Notes: generated by a model from the sequence alone, not told the origin. 63,246 nucleotides of DNA, filler included, from 7 parts of 7 records of this genome joined end to end with filler, not necessarily neighbours in it; one strand, 5' to 3'. Positions 39,401 through 49,580 are shown, counted from the first letter of the whole stretch. Numbers and translations are program-made.

Positions 39401-40335
39401 ATCCGGAGCACATCCATATCGATCCGCCACTCCATCTCTGAATCTGCTTCTATCAGCGATCTATGTCCCCAGCGTTCGGCCGCAACCGGATCATCCATGG
39501 GAGCGCTTGCCGGTTCGAGAGCCAGATTATACTGATCCCCCCAGCCCCCTTCATTGATCCAGATCCCCAGACAGGGAAGGATATCCTGCGAATAGTCCAT
39601 GCGGATCTCCAGACCCGCCTTTTTCCGGCAGAGAGAGCACCAGCCTTCTTCATTCGTTTCTGAGAAATAGTACTTCTTATAGCCGTCGTTTTTGGGTTCC
39701 ACCGTAGAGAGGTCGATCAGGGCATCCCCTCCGGCCGGGATTTCAGAGAAGGCATATTCCTTTCCGTATTCAGGAAGCCTCTTCGAGGGAACGGCATTCA
39801 CCACTCGTCTCATCCCGCCGGGAACCCGGATATAATCGCCCGGATCGACATTGAACAAGGGATGGGTCGCATAGACGAATGCCATGGGAAAGGGCGTCGG
39901 ATTTTCAAGCCGGTAACCGAGGCGGACCGTCGAGTCTCTGAGGGAGACGTTTTTTTTCAGCCTATAGGGCAGACGGACGCCCGAAACCTCAAGCTCGACA
40001 CAATCATCTCGCATCAGGACATCCCAGGGAAGGGACCAGAGCTCTCCGTGATCGGGAAGCAGAGCCCCCTTCCAGGGCTCATCGGGGTAGTGGCACTCAT
40101 TGATATTCGGAAACATATCATCAAAACCCGCGGCCTCTCCCTTGGAAAAGGGCTGTCCGTACTCTGCGGCCTGAAACCTCTCGCCCGGATTCTGCCACAG
40201 CAGCTCCCTCCCATCGGGCAGAAAAATCAATGAGGCGATCTTCCCACCCGATTCGGGAACCAGCGTCAGGCGGAGCTTTTCATTCTCCAGCAAGACCGCA
40301 GCTTTATCCTTGTATCGGTCTGTATAGATCTTCAT
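39397..40335 (-). CDS. Aldose 1-epimerase / galactose-mutarotase-fold protein
   Basis: LENE.L....P..GGKI.SL, G.DDMFP, LPDHGELW..PW, HPLF, GIW.N.GGW..YNLALEP. Confidence 0.75.
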   Translation of the reverse strand: MKIYTDRYKDKAAVLLENEKLRLTLVPESGGKIASLIFLPDGRELLWQNPGERFQAAEYGQPFSKGEAAGFDDMFPNINECHYPDEPWKGALLPDHGELWSLPWDVLMRDDCVELEVSGVRLPYRLKKNVSLRDSTVRLGYRLENPTPFPMAFVYATHPLFNVDPGDYIRVPGGMRRVVNAVPSKRLPEYGKEYAFSEIPAGGDALIDLSTVEPKNDGYKKYYFSETNEEGWCSLCRKKAGLEIRMDYSQDILPCLGIWINEGGWGDQYNLALEPASAPMDDPVAAERWGHRSLIEADSEMEWRIDMDVLRI

Positions 40336-41624
40336 TCTCGATCCCCGGTCCGCTTGAGATTATACTCACGAACCTCATCAAACATGGCGATCACATTCTC
40401 GACAGGTGTATTGCCCAGGATGTTGTGAATGGTGTTGAAGATAAATCCGCCCCGTCCGGAGAAGAGCTCCAGACGGCTCCTTACCTCTTGTCGCACCTCA
40501 TCGACCGTTCCGAAGGGAAGGGTTTTCTGGGTATCCACACCCCCTCCCCAGAAGCTCAGGCGGTCTCCGAATTTATCGACCAGGCCCTCTCCTTCCATGC
40601 CGGCCGCGCTCAGCTGTACGGGATTGAAAACATCGAATCCGCACTCCGCAAACTCGGGGAGAAAATTGGCGATAGAGCCGCAGCAGTGGAAGTGGGTAAA
40701 CCAGTTCGTATGCTTATGCACCCAGTCGTTCAACCGGACGTAATGATCCTTATAGAACTCGCGGAAGTGGTCAAGAGAGATCATCTCTCCCGTCTGACTG
40801 CCGAAATCCGTGCAGCTCAGGTTGATGGTGGTGATCCTGTCTCCCACAGCCTGCCTGATGATCTCCAGGTTCTTCAGGGCCAACTCGGTCTGCCAGGAGA
40901 ACAGCTCCTTCAAATAATCAGGATAGAGGTAGTGGGCCATATACCAATCATCCAGTTTCCGGATTCCCCGGGGATTCTTCTCATAGGGACCGGGAATGAT
41001 TGCCGCGTCCCCGAAACCGCCTCCGTTGAAATTGAAGTGAATCGCGCAGTCCGTCTCTTCATACAGCTTCCGGCAGTTTCTTCCGATCTCCTGTGCATCC
41101 TCATCCGAGAAAACCCCGTACAGATTCCGGAAGTCACGCAGGGCGTCCATATCATCCTCATCCACAGCGGGAGCCCGGTCGATATTGTCGAAGAAAGATC
41201 CCCCCGCCGGAAGCTGCACGCTGGGCTCTGCCGTACGGTCTCCCTGGGGATAGACTGCGATACTGCCATCCGCTCTTCGGTCGAACTGGAAATCACCGGG
41301 CATCCTGACGGGAATTCCCGTCCCGTCTATCCCGGGAAAAGTCCAGTCCGTCCAGCTCCCGAAGCGGGTGCCGAACAGGGTGACAGGGCACCATAAGGGT
41401 ACGACGTCGACGCCCAGAGCCTTTCTCAGGTCTTCATCCACAGAGCCCAGCATCTGAAAGGGCTCACAGATGTCGATCGCCTTCTCCTTCAGCCCGAGCT
41501 CCCGTCGGAGCCCGTAAAGCACCAGCGCGCTGATCCCTGTCTGCCCCGATCCTCCCAGATCCACCGGAACCCGATCCGGCTGCCGATGGTTCAGAGCTGT
41601 TTCAACCCGTTCTCTTGATGTCAT
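40332..41624 (-). CDS. URO-D / methyltransferase superfamily protein
   Basis: MTSRERV..ALNHRQPDRVPVDLGG, DFGSQ, HCCGS, NPVQ.SA.GM, FWGGGVDTQ.TLPFGT, GGFIFN.IHNI. Confidence 0.85.
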   Translation of the reverse strand: MTSRERVETALNHRQPDRVPVDLGGSGQTGISALVLYGLRRELGLKEKAIDICEPFQMLGSVDEDLRKALGVDVVPLWCPVTLFGTRFGSWTDWTFPGIDGTGIPVRMPGDFQFDRRADGSIAVYPQGDRTAEPSVQLPAGGSFFDNIDRAPAVDEDDMDALRDFRNLYGVFSDEDAQEIGRNCRKLYEETDCAIHFNFNGGGFGDAAIIPGPYEKNPRGIRKLDDWYMAHYLYPDYLKELFSWQTELALKNLEIIRQAVGDRITTINLSCTDFGSQTGEMISLDHFREFYKDHYVRLNDWVHKHTNWFTHFHCCGSIANFLPEFAECGFDVFNPVQLSAAGMEGEGLVDKFGDRLSFWGGGVDTQKTLPFGTVDEVRQEVRSRLELFSGRGGFIFNTIHNILGNTPVENVIAMFDEVREYNLKRTGDRE

Positions 41625-41767
41625 CTGTTTCCCTTCCTATACAAAATTATCTTCCAGAGGAATACCCAGCCATAGTATTTAACTTGCTGTATCCATGCTA
41701 AAAGACAGAGAACCTGAAGTAAATGCCATCATTTGCACTATTTGATGGATTATCTTATCCTTTGTAT

Positions 41768-42625
41768 ATGAAAAAAAGAGAAGGGTTTCGGAATCAGACG
41801 CTTATCGTTGTACCTCCCCACTTTTACAAAACGGAAGACCCCTTGATCAGCTCACTCTATTTAACGGACATCGGCTACTTCCCCCGAGCCGAGGATCATC
41901 TGGTCTCCCGCAATCGGGGTAGCGACAGTATCATCCTCCTCATATGCACAGACGGCTCGGGCTGGGCGGAATTAGACGGCTCTTATATTGAGTTGAATGA
42001 GGGGCAGGCCGTCCTTGTCCCCCGCGGCTGTCCCCATCGCTACGGCAGCAGCGAGAAGGGCTTCTGGAAGCTCTTCTGGATTCACTTCCAGGGAGAGCTG
42101 GCCGATGAGATCGCCTCAAGGCTCAATGAGAACGGAGACCGGGAGCCAGGCTTTTCTCTTCGGATGGGCGATGAAAGCCGGCGGCTCTTTAATTCGATTT
42201 GCACGGATCTTCTGAGGGGAATCAACAGTGGAAACTACGAGCTGGCCTGCGGGAGGCTCAGGCACCTCTTCGGCTCTCTGATAGAGGACGGCAGATCCGG
42301 CTCCCTGACGATTAACCGTATCATTCGCGAGTGCATCAGCATCATGGAGAACCACCTGGACTCATCCCTCACCCTGGGCCGGCTGAGCCGTGAGACATCC
42401 CTTACCCCTCCCTACCTGTGCAGGGTATTCAAGCAAAAGACGGGCCGCTCTCCCATAGACCACTACAACAGGATGAAGGTCCAGCGGGCATGTTTTCTTC
42501 TGGACATGACAACTCTGCAGATCGGTGAAATCAGCAGGAGTCTGGGGATCGGGGATCCCTACTATTTCTCACGCATGTTCAAGAGTATTATGGGCCGCTC
42601 TCCAAGGGATTACCGCAACAGATAG
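41768..42625 (+). CDS. AraC-family transcriptional regulator
   Basis: K.EGF, LYLTDIGYFP.A..H cupin domain, WIHF.G, DPYYFSRMFK..MG.SP..YR. Confidence 0.92.
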   Translation: MKKREGFRNQTLIVVPPHFYKTEDPLISSLYLTDIGYFPRAEDHLVSRNRGSDSIILLICTDGSGWAELDGSYIELNEGQAVLVPRGCPHRYGSSEKGFWKLFWIHFQGELADEIASRLNENGDREPGFSLRMGDESRRLFNSICTDLLRGINSGNYELACGRLRHLFGSLIEDGRSGSLTINRIIRECISIMENHLDSSLTLGRLSRETSLTPPYLCRVFKQKTGRSPIDHYNRMKVQRACFLLDMTTLQIGEISRSLGIGDPYYFSRMFKSIMGRSPRDYRNR

Positions 42626-42693
42626 GTCCGGCTCATTCCCTTTTCAATCCCAGTTTCCTGATTCGGCTCTGCAGGGTCGTCGGCTTCATATCC

Positions 42694-42793
42694 NNNNNNN
42701 NNNNNNNNNNNNNNNNNNNNNNNNNNNNNNNNNNNNNTTAATTAATTAANNNNNNNNNNNNNNNNNNNNNNNNNNNNNNNNNNNNNNNNNNNN
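42694..42793. other. Artificial contig spacer 4
   Basis: N-run with TTAATTAATTAA. Confidence 0.99.
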
Positions 42794-43333
42794 AATAATA
42801 TCCAGAGCGTTTAACAACCACTGATCCGGTTCTCTTTTACAGGTTTTTAATAAGTCTAATAAGATAGCATTGGCAATTTTGATTCTGTCATTTACCGATT
42901 CTGTTAGTCTTAACCGGTCTTCAAATGACTGAAATCTATTGCCAAAAATTTCTTCGCATGGGATCGCTTGATTGGCAATTTCTTTTGCTGATATCTGAAA
43001 GAAGTGATGAATACAACCAGGGAAAAATCGAATTCCAAAATATTCAGTATTTTCATTGATTGATACGGCATTCGCTTTTTCTACCAATCCGGCAACTGTC
43101 AGCGGTTCTTCATTTGAACAATTTAAAATCAAATCAACACAGCCATCAGCCATAATTTGATATAGAAAAGGCTTGGATAGTGTCTTTGTCTGAACCATAT
43201 AATAGCAATATACATAATTCTGTAAAGCCTGTGTTGGTGAATATTCGCTGTAAAGGACTTCTGAATAATCGCTGGGCCTGATTACTATTTGCAATGGTCG
43301 ATACAATTTATGTGTTAGCAATTGATCAGTCAT
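42794..43333 (-). CDS. AraC-family regulator, N-terminal part (3' partial)
   Basis: Y.EY.P...L..YV.CY, ADGCVDLI, FGIRF.PG; truncated by the contig end before the HTH. Confidence 0.75.
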
Positions 43334-43441
43334 AATTTCTAAGATTTTTTACAATTGTAATCATTGTAATATATTCATATAAGGTTGAATGTGTATCAGA
43401 TTTCAGCTGCTGGTAAGTTTATGGTTTGATTTAGTTCTTTG

Positions 43442-43687
43442 TCAATTATTATTCTGGTGAATTATTTCAGGCATGGCGTTGCTGTACTTGGTTTGATCAA
43501 CGTTGAAAGCTTCTGGGAAGGACTGAAGAGATAGATCCACTTTTTCCATTCCTTCTTTAAACGCATAACTTTCTTTATCACCATATTTCGCATATATTAT
43601 TTTATAAACTTCGTGTACTGATTTTAAATATTCTTTTTTAGTCATTTTATCTCTAATATCCAAAATCACCGGTGGAATCCGGTGCAT
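43442..43687 (-). CDS. Small hypothetical ORF or gene remnant
   Basis: 81-aa ORF in an AT-rich segment; no motif recognised. Confidence 0.25.
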   Translation of the reverse strand: MHRIPPVILDIRDKMTKKEYLKSVHEVYKIIYAKYGDKESYAFKEGMEKVDLSLQSFPEAFNVDQTKYSNAMPEIIHQNNN

Positions 43688-43892
43688 TTTGATGGTTGAA
43701 AATCAAGAATTCCCTTAAAAGACCCATTTGGGGGCCACAATAGGGCCGCCAAGATCTGTTATTGAAGGCATTTAAAAAATCTCTTTTCTTAACAGCGGGT
43801 TATACAATTCTGTTTAACCCGACTCCATTTTTTTTAGTTGCCTAATGAACTATCAAGGGGCAAACGAAGACGCCCCCCCTTTTCTTTCCGTT

Positions 43893-44906
43893 TTATTCAG
43901 CCCGGGTGCGGAATTTCCCTGGGCTTGAACCGATCCATCGTTTAAAGGCCCTGTTAAACACGCTTTGTTCGGAATACCCCAGTAAAAAACTGATTTCACT
44001 GATGGCGATATTGGTTCTTTTCAACAAATACACGGCCTGTTCCTTTCTGACTTGGTCCAACAGTTTCTGATAGGTGACGCCCTCTTTTTTTAATATCCTT
44101 TGCAGGTTTCGCCTGCTCACAGCAAGTTTTCGGGCAATAGATTCGATTTCCGGTTTTTCCCTCTTGAGCATATTCATCATGATCCGGCTCACCTTATCAC
44201 TCCAGGGGCCATAGGCGCACAGTCTCAGCTGGAGTTTTTGCGCTAATTGCTCCATGGTCTCCAGGACCTCCTGGTTTGAAAGCTGCAGGGGCATATCCAG
44301 GAATTTTGTATTGAAAAGCAGTTTGTTTTCCGGCTGGTCAAAGAACAGGGGGGCGCTGAAAATGCGCTGGTGTTCAGCGATGTTTTCTGGCTGAGAATGG
44401 GTAAAACAGACCCCGTCCAATCGGATGTTTCCTTCGGAGATTCGTTTGAGAATCGCGGTATATACGGACAGCAGCCCTTCAAAAACCTGTCTTGACGGCT
44501 GGAAGTCTTCTGCCTGGAAACGAATCGACAATGTGGCCAGATCATCATCTATTGAAAAAACCGGCGTGGTAATATCATTCAGCAAATTAAAGTACTGGCT
44601 GAATTTTTCAATGGCATCTTTTATGGTGGATGCGTTAAGGGTGAGCACCAGTAAAATATGGCCAGGAAAGGCAAAGACCTTTTCGCCTAAATGCAATCCA
44701 AGATCCGGGTCACGGTTTTTTTCTTCCAGTGTCTGCCAGATCCTGACAAATTGGCTGGAGGGTATTCTCTCCCCGGTTGAGTTGAGGATGGCCGGATCAA
44801 ATTGAACTTGGGCATAGACCTCATCAGGATCGATTCCGCATTGCGAAGCAAGTTTCATGACAAAACTGACATATTCTACTGAAGCACTGGTATGAATAAT
44901 TTTCAT
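43893..44906 (-). CDS. AraC-family regulator (OruR/ArgR-like N-terminal domain)
   Basis: DPDLGL.LG, F.H..P....EH..IF.APL.F, S.R.LQR.L..EG.TY, LGYSEQS.F.RAFKRW.G.SP. Confidence 0.9.
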   Translation of the reverse strand: MKIIHTSASVEYVSFVMKLASQCGIDPDEVYAQVQFDPAILNSTGERIPSSQFVRIWQTLEEKNRDPDLGLHLGEKVFAFPGHILLVLTLNASTIKDAIEKFSQYFNLLNDITTPVFSIDDDLATLSIRFQAEDFQPSRQVFEGLLSVYTAILKRISEGNIRLDGVCFTHSQPENIAEHQRIFSAPLFFDQPENKLLFNTKFLDMPLQLSNQEVLETMEQLAQKLQLRLCAYGPWSDKVSRIMMNMLKREKPEIESIARKLAVSRRNLQRILKKEGVTYQKLLDQVRKEQAVYLLKRTNIAISEISFLLGYSEQSVFNRAFKRWIGSSPGKFRTRAE

Positions 44907-45088
44907 TTTCTTTCCACTCTATGCCGTGTTGATGCTTTTTTGTCACATAATGTCAAAAGATAGTCGTGCTTTGCCGATACGGTTCGAACTTAGACCGTGT
45001 AATTTCTAAAGTCAACGTACTGGTGTTCTATGTTTGCTGTTTTTGGACATATTTACCCCCGGACAAACTTAAATTAAGGAGGTGTTTA

Positions 45089-46186
45089 ATGAACCGATCT
45101 GAAAAGAAAAATCCTGGATTAAGTTGTGAATCCTACATAGGGGTTGCCCTGCAGCCACGGGTGTACGGGTGCCGGAACAAGGACGATATCAAAATGAATA
45201 TGGACAACCTGCTGCGCCTGATAGATGACTCCATGTATACCAGTTGGCTTGTCGGCGGGGGGCCGGTCAAGCTGCTCACATTGCCTGAGGGCTCCATCCA
45301 GGGCATGTGGGATGAAATGTCTCATATGGAACAGGCCACCTATTGCAAGGATGTGGCCATAACCATTCCCGGAAGGGAGACCGATCTGCTGGCTGAAAAG
45401 GCCAGGCAGTACAATGTATATATCGCTGCACAGGCAAAGGTTATTGATCCCGACATCATGCCTGACCGCTACTTCAATATGGGATTTATCATCTCCCCTG
45501 AAGGAGAGATCATTCTCAAGCATACGAAAAATATCATCAGCCTCATTGAAGGGTCAACCAGCCCCTATGATATCTGGGATAAATGGATTGAAAAAAAGGG
45601 AGATGACCTGGAAGCCTTTTACCCGGTTGTTAAAACCGATATTGGAAACCTGGCCGTCTCGATTTGTGCGGAAAATGTTTTCCCCGAGACGTTCAGGGCT
45701 TTTTCTCTCATGGGCGCAGAGGTCATCGTGAAAATGACCATGGTGGAACCGGCTGTCATGAACGGATGGTGGGAATACACAAACCGGTCCCGTGCGGCTG
45801 ATAATGCCTGCTACGTTGTTGCCCCCAACTTCGGGCCCTATTATACAAACCCTGAACTGGGAGCGACCTATGCAATCCTCGGCGGGCACTCCATGGTTGT
45901 GGATTACCGAGGGGATATTTTAATGAAGGCGGATCATGGGAACGAGGCTTCTGTCCCCGCGGAGATCAACATCAACAGGCTTAGAAAATACCGGGCGGAA
46001 TCCGCCCTTGGACTCACCTTGACACAGATGCGGTCTGGATTGTGGAAACAGATTTATGAAAGGTGGCCGGACTACCCCAAAAACCTGTACATGGAAAAAA
46101 CATATGCGACAACCGAAACCCGGACCGCTCTGCACAAGCAGCTCGGACAACTGGTCGCCTCGGGGATCCATGAAGCCCCTGATTAA
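45089..46186 (+). CDS. Nitrilase / carbon-nitrogen hydrolase superfamily protein
   Basis: AAGGAGG RBS before ATG 45089; triad-like LPE, K (LKHTK) and ICAE; FPET.R, RA.DN..YVV..N, GG.SMVVDYRG. Confidence 0.85.
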   Translation: MNRSEKKNPGLSCESYIGVALQPRVYGCRNKDDIKMNMDNLLRLIDDSMYTSWLVGGGPVKLLTLPEGSIQGMWDEMSHMEQATYCKDVAITIPGRETDLLAEKARQYNVYIAAQAKVIDPDIMPDRYFNMGFIISPEGEIILKHTKNIISLIEGSTSPYDIWDKWIEKKGDDLEAFYPVVKTDIGNLAVSICAENVFPETFRAFSLMGAEVIVKMTMVEPAVMNGWWEYTNRSRAADNACYVVAPNFGPYYTNPELGATYAILGGHSMVVDYRGDILMKADHGNEASVPAEININRLRKYRAESALGLTLTQMRSGLWKQIYERWPDYPKNLYMEKTYATTETRTALHKQLGQLVASGIHEAPD

Positions 46187-46461
46187 TTATTACCCGAAAA
46201 ATCATATGGGCGGAACCGGATTTGGCCGATTTGATTTAATGAAAACTGCGGGCATCGTGTCCGCAGTTTTCAGCGTCTGGAAAAGGAAGCGGGTTGTTTA
46301 GGGACAGGTGAAGCCGGTGCAAAAGGGACTGCTCCCTGATGGGGCATACCTCAACCCATATTAATTCTTAGAATGCTGTTTTTTGAGGTCGAAAACGTTT
46401 ACCTAAGACCATTCCCAGGGTGTTTTATTCGGGATTTGTTCAAAATATTCACCCCGTTGAC

Positions 46462-46665
46462 TTAGTCCGACCCTTTGCCGTCAACGACATGAATCATGCT
46501 TCTTTGTTCTGCATAATCGCGAAGGGAGGTCTTTATGAATTCCCTCGTATCATCAAGGGTTTTATTGTGATCAAGCCAGGGAAGCCATCTTCTCAAGTAG
46601 GCACGGTTTTGGTCCACGAGTTTAAATAGTTCCTCGGCATCTATATGTGAAATTAGCCTTATCAT
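46462..46665 (-). pseudogene. Truncated RimL/RimJ-type GNAT acetyltransferase (N-terminal fragment)
   Basis: DAEELF.LVD.NR.YLR.WLPWLD....DT..FI is a RimL-like N-terminus; the frame stops after about 67 codons at a small palindrome. Confidence 0.55.
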
Positions 46666-47055
46666 ATTATATGCTACTATCTTACGGGTATATGTGTATG
46701 CCAGCCAATGATTCCAAATAAGCGGTATCATCCGCTTTATTTGGCTTGTATCTCTGTTCTGATTAACTATATCGCTCTTTTGGGCCCCGAAAAGTGGAGT
46801 ACAAACCGAAAAACGAGGTGTTGTTAAGGGTTATTTATTGTTATTTCAATAAAGTTGTGTAACACGTCCCCTTCAAAGCGTAAATCCGGATTCCATCTGT
46901 CCCCGGGAAAAAGAATACATTTGGAAAAAAGAGTATTGATCCGGGACCGAAAAAGATTGTGAACATCCTGTGTTTTGTGTATGACAATATATCGGTTCAC
47001 GAAACTGATGGGCAATTGTCGGATTGCACCGTAACTTGAAAAATACAGGACACGC

Positions 47056-47958
47056 ATGCTTGATTTTTTACCCGCCCGGTTAAAGGGTTCACTTTCGTTG
47101 CTTTTGATTGTCGCCAATACCGTCATCATTTTTATACCATTGATGCTTATTGCTTTTGTAAAACTTATCATTCCGCTGGAGCGTGTGAGAAGTCTGCTCA
47201 GCAAACTTCTTATTCTTGTTGCAAATCAATGGGTAAGGATGAATGCTTGGAATTTCCGTTTATTTAACCGGACAAACTGGAAGGTGACAGGCCTTGATAA
47301 ACTAAAACGAAACGAATGGTGCCTGGTGATCTCAAACCACCAATCCTGGGTGGACATCTTCGTCCTTCAGACAAATCTTTTATCCAGGGTACCGTATATT
47401 AAATTTTTCTTAAAAAAAGAGCTTATCTGGGTACCGCTTATGGGGCTTGCCTGGTGGGCACTTGACTTCCCCTTTATGAAACGATACTCCAAAGCTTTCC
47501 TAAAGAAGAACCCTCATCTAAAGGGCCAGGATCTGGAAATTACAAGACGAGCCTGTCAGAAATTTAAGAACAGTCCCATTGCAATCATGAACTTTGTAGA
47601 GGGCACCAGGTTTACTTCCGGCAAGCACGCAAAACAGGGGTCCTCGTTTGATCATTTGCTGCAACCCAAAGCCGGGGGCATAGCCTTTGTCTTAAGCGTT
47701 ATGGGAGATTATTTTGACAGTATCGTTAATGTCACCATTGCCTATCCCGGTGGCGTTCCGAATTTCTGGGATTTTCTTTGTGGAAGGGCACCCCATATAA
47801 AAATGTCCGTTGAGAAAATGGCAGTCACTCCAGAGATCCTCGGCGACTACGACAATGATCCGGAGTTCAGGAAATGGTTCCAGGCCTGGGTCAACAAATT
47901 GTGGGAACAAAAAGACAAGCAGATCGGTTTCATGCTGGATGCCGGGAAGAAGAACTGA
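47056..47958 (+). CDS. PlsC-family acyltransferase (YihG-like)
   Basis: NHQSWVDI, FFLKKEL.WVP..G.AWWALDFPFMKR, NFVEGTRF, LL.PKAGG. Confidence 0.9.
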   Translation: MLDFLPARLKGSLSLLLIVANTVIIFIPLMLIAFVKLIIPLERVRSLLSKLLILVANQWVRMNAWNFRLFNRTNWKVTGLDKLKRNEWCLVISNHQSWVDIFVLQTNLLSRVPYIKFFLKKELIWVPLMGLAWWALDFPFMKRYSKAFLKKNPHLKGQDLEITRRACQKFKNSPIAIMNFVEGTRFTSGKHAKQGSSFDHLLQPKAGGIAFVLSVMGDYFDSIVNVTIAYPGGVPNFWDFLCGRAPHIKMSVEKMAVTPEILGDYDNDPEFRKWFQAWVNKLWEQKDKQIGFMLDAGKKN

Positions 47959-48072
47959 TAGTCGCCTCAGACATCTTAATTAAGTCCCGTAACAGTTGTT
48001 ATTGTTTTGCATTAATATTCTGATCTCCTTCCGAATGCACTGTATAACCCTGTTACCATTACCGATTTACCC

Positions 48073-48489
48073 ATGGTCCAAACAGCAACACATAATTTTG
48101 ATGTTTACAAGCCCCGTAGTCCCAAAACAAGTGCATACTAAAAATGTGTTGAAAATCACTTTGAAGATCTGGAACGGGCTTGGGATGACATGTACGCATC
48201 CCGGTATGGATTCTGGCGGACATATGTCATGACTGTGATCTATAAATATATGGATTGCGGTGATCTTCATATGGGATTCGCCCGGGTCCGATGTGAAGAA
48301 TGCGGCCAGTAGTATCTCCTTGCATTTTCTTGTAAGCGGCGTCAATTCTGTCCATCTTGTCATGAGAAAAGAGTAATTGAGTATGGAGAATGGCAGCTCA
48401 CAAACGTATTGAAAGATGTTCCTCACCGCTAGTGAGGTATTCAGCATCCCCAAACGGTTGCGGATCTATTTTCTCTTTGACCGGAAACT
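48073..48489 (+). pseudogene. Decayed IS91-family (Y2) transposase, zinc-binding N-terminal part
   Basis: Translates CGDLHMGFARVRCEECGQ*YLLAFSCKRRQFCPSCHEKR...VPHR*, then FSIPKRLR in another frame; stops at 48139, 48310 and 48430 plus a frameshift. Confidence 0.88.
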
Positions 48490-48589
48490 NNNNNNNNNNN
48501 NNNNNNNNNNNNNNNNNNNNNNNNNNNNNNNNNTTAATTAATTAANNNNNNNNNNNNNNNNNNNNNNNNNNNNNNNNNNNNNNNNNNNN
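48490..48589. other. Artificial contig spacer 5
   Basis: N-run with TTAATTAATTAA. Confidence 0.99.
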
Positions 48590-48746
48590 GATAGATTGAT
48601 TTAATTCGCCCCAAGGGGCCGAGAATTAAACTCAATCACGATTAAAAAATGTTGTTTATGTATTTTCAATTTAGGGGTCAAGCGTCACGCCTGTGCGATG
48701 CAACTGCATAAGTTGCGATTTTGACTCAATACTTTGACTTTCATTT

Positions 48747-49565
48747 CTAGCCTTTTACTGCTCCGTCCATCATACCTTTTTTAATTCTCTTTTGCAGAAT
48801 TAAGAATATGATAACAACAGGTAAAATACTCAGTACATTTCCTGCCATTACCGCCGGCCACTCTATCTCTACTTTATTCTGAGTCATAAGCCCTAATCTA
48901 AGTGGCAGAGTGAATATATTAGGTGATTTAAGCAGAACTAAAGGCATTGTAAATGAGTTCCAGTTATTTACAAATTCAATTGTTCCAAGTGTTATTATCC
49001 CAGGTTTTATTAAAGGAACTACAACTTTAGTAAATATTTGCAGCTCACTGGCTCCATCTATTCTGGCTGCTTCAATAAGTGAATCAGGTACATCTGCTAT
49101 ATATTGCTGCATGAAAAATATCCCAAATATTGTTACACTAAAGGGAACTATTAAGCCAAACAGATTATTGTATAAACCTATGCTTTTTATAGTAAAAAAC
49201 AAAGGTAGTAAAAGTACTGTAGCTGGAATAGTCATTATTCCTACTAAAATAACCATAATTATATTTTTACCGATAAACTCTTTTTTTGCAAAGGCGTAAC
49301 CTGCCATTGTAGAGTTAATCACTATCAATATAGTAGTAACTGTAGATACAAATAGCGAGTTCCTAAATGTTTGTGCAAATTTCAATGCTTTCCATACTTT
49401 AGGATATGCTGACAAAGTAAATATCTTTGGAAAAAAAGTTGCAGGTACTTGAGATATCTCTATATTTGTTTTGAAACTAGACATAGCAAGCCAGTAGATT
49501 GGTACTAAAAACAGCATTGCTGTCATTACAAGAAGTATAGGCATTAATTTATTATTTTTATTCAT
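48747..49565 (-). CDS. Carbohydrate ABC permease (MalG-like)
   Basis: P.YW....SFK, AGYAFAK, EAARIDGASE, WNSF..PL. Confidence 0.92.
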   Translation of the reverse strand: MNKNNKLMPILLVMTAMLFLVPIYWLAMSSFKTNIEISQVPATFFPKIFTLSAYPKVWKALKFAQTFRNSLFVSTVTTILIVINSTMAGYAFAKKEFIGKNIIMVILVGIMTIPATVLLLPLFFTIKSIGLYNNLFGLIVPFSVTIFGIFFMQQYIADVPDSLIEAARIDGASELQIFTKVVVPLIKPGIITLGTIEFVNNWNSFTMPLVLLKSPNIFTLPLRLGLMTQNKVEIEWPAVMAGNVLSILPVVIIFLILQKRIKKGMMDGAVKG

Positions 49566-49580
49566 CTTTTGATTTCACCT

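Noticed and set aside
29923-41396. Long antisense ORFs such as 29923-31092 (-), 35126-35884 (+) and 40230-41396 (+)
   Set aside because: Each fully overlaps a well-supported gene on the other strand and lacks recognisable motifs.
48073-48489. Stop-codon reassignment or read-through in the transposase
   Set aside because: Stops are of mixed types and come with a frameshift, and neighbouring genes are intact under the standard code; ordinary decay explains it.
48595-48730. Palindromes at the start of contig 6 as an ncRNA or IS end
   Set aside because: Hairpins are present (TTAATTC-GCCCC/GGGGC-GAATTAA; GCAACT/AGTTGC), but they sit downstream of the operon at a contig edge and fit a terminator or REP; nothing supports a more specific call.
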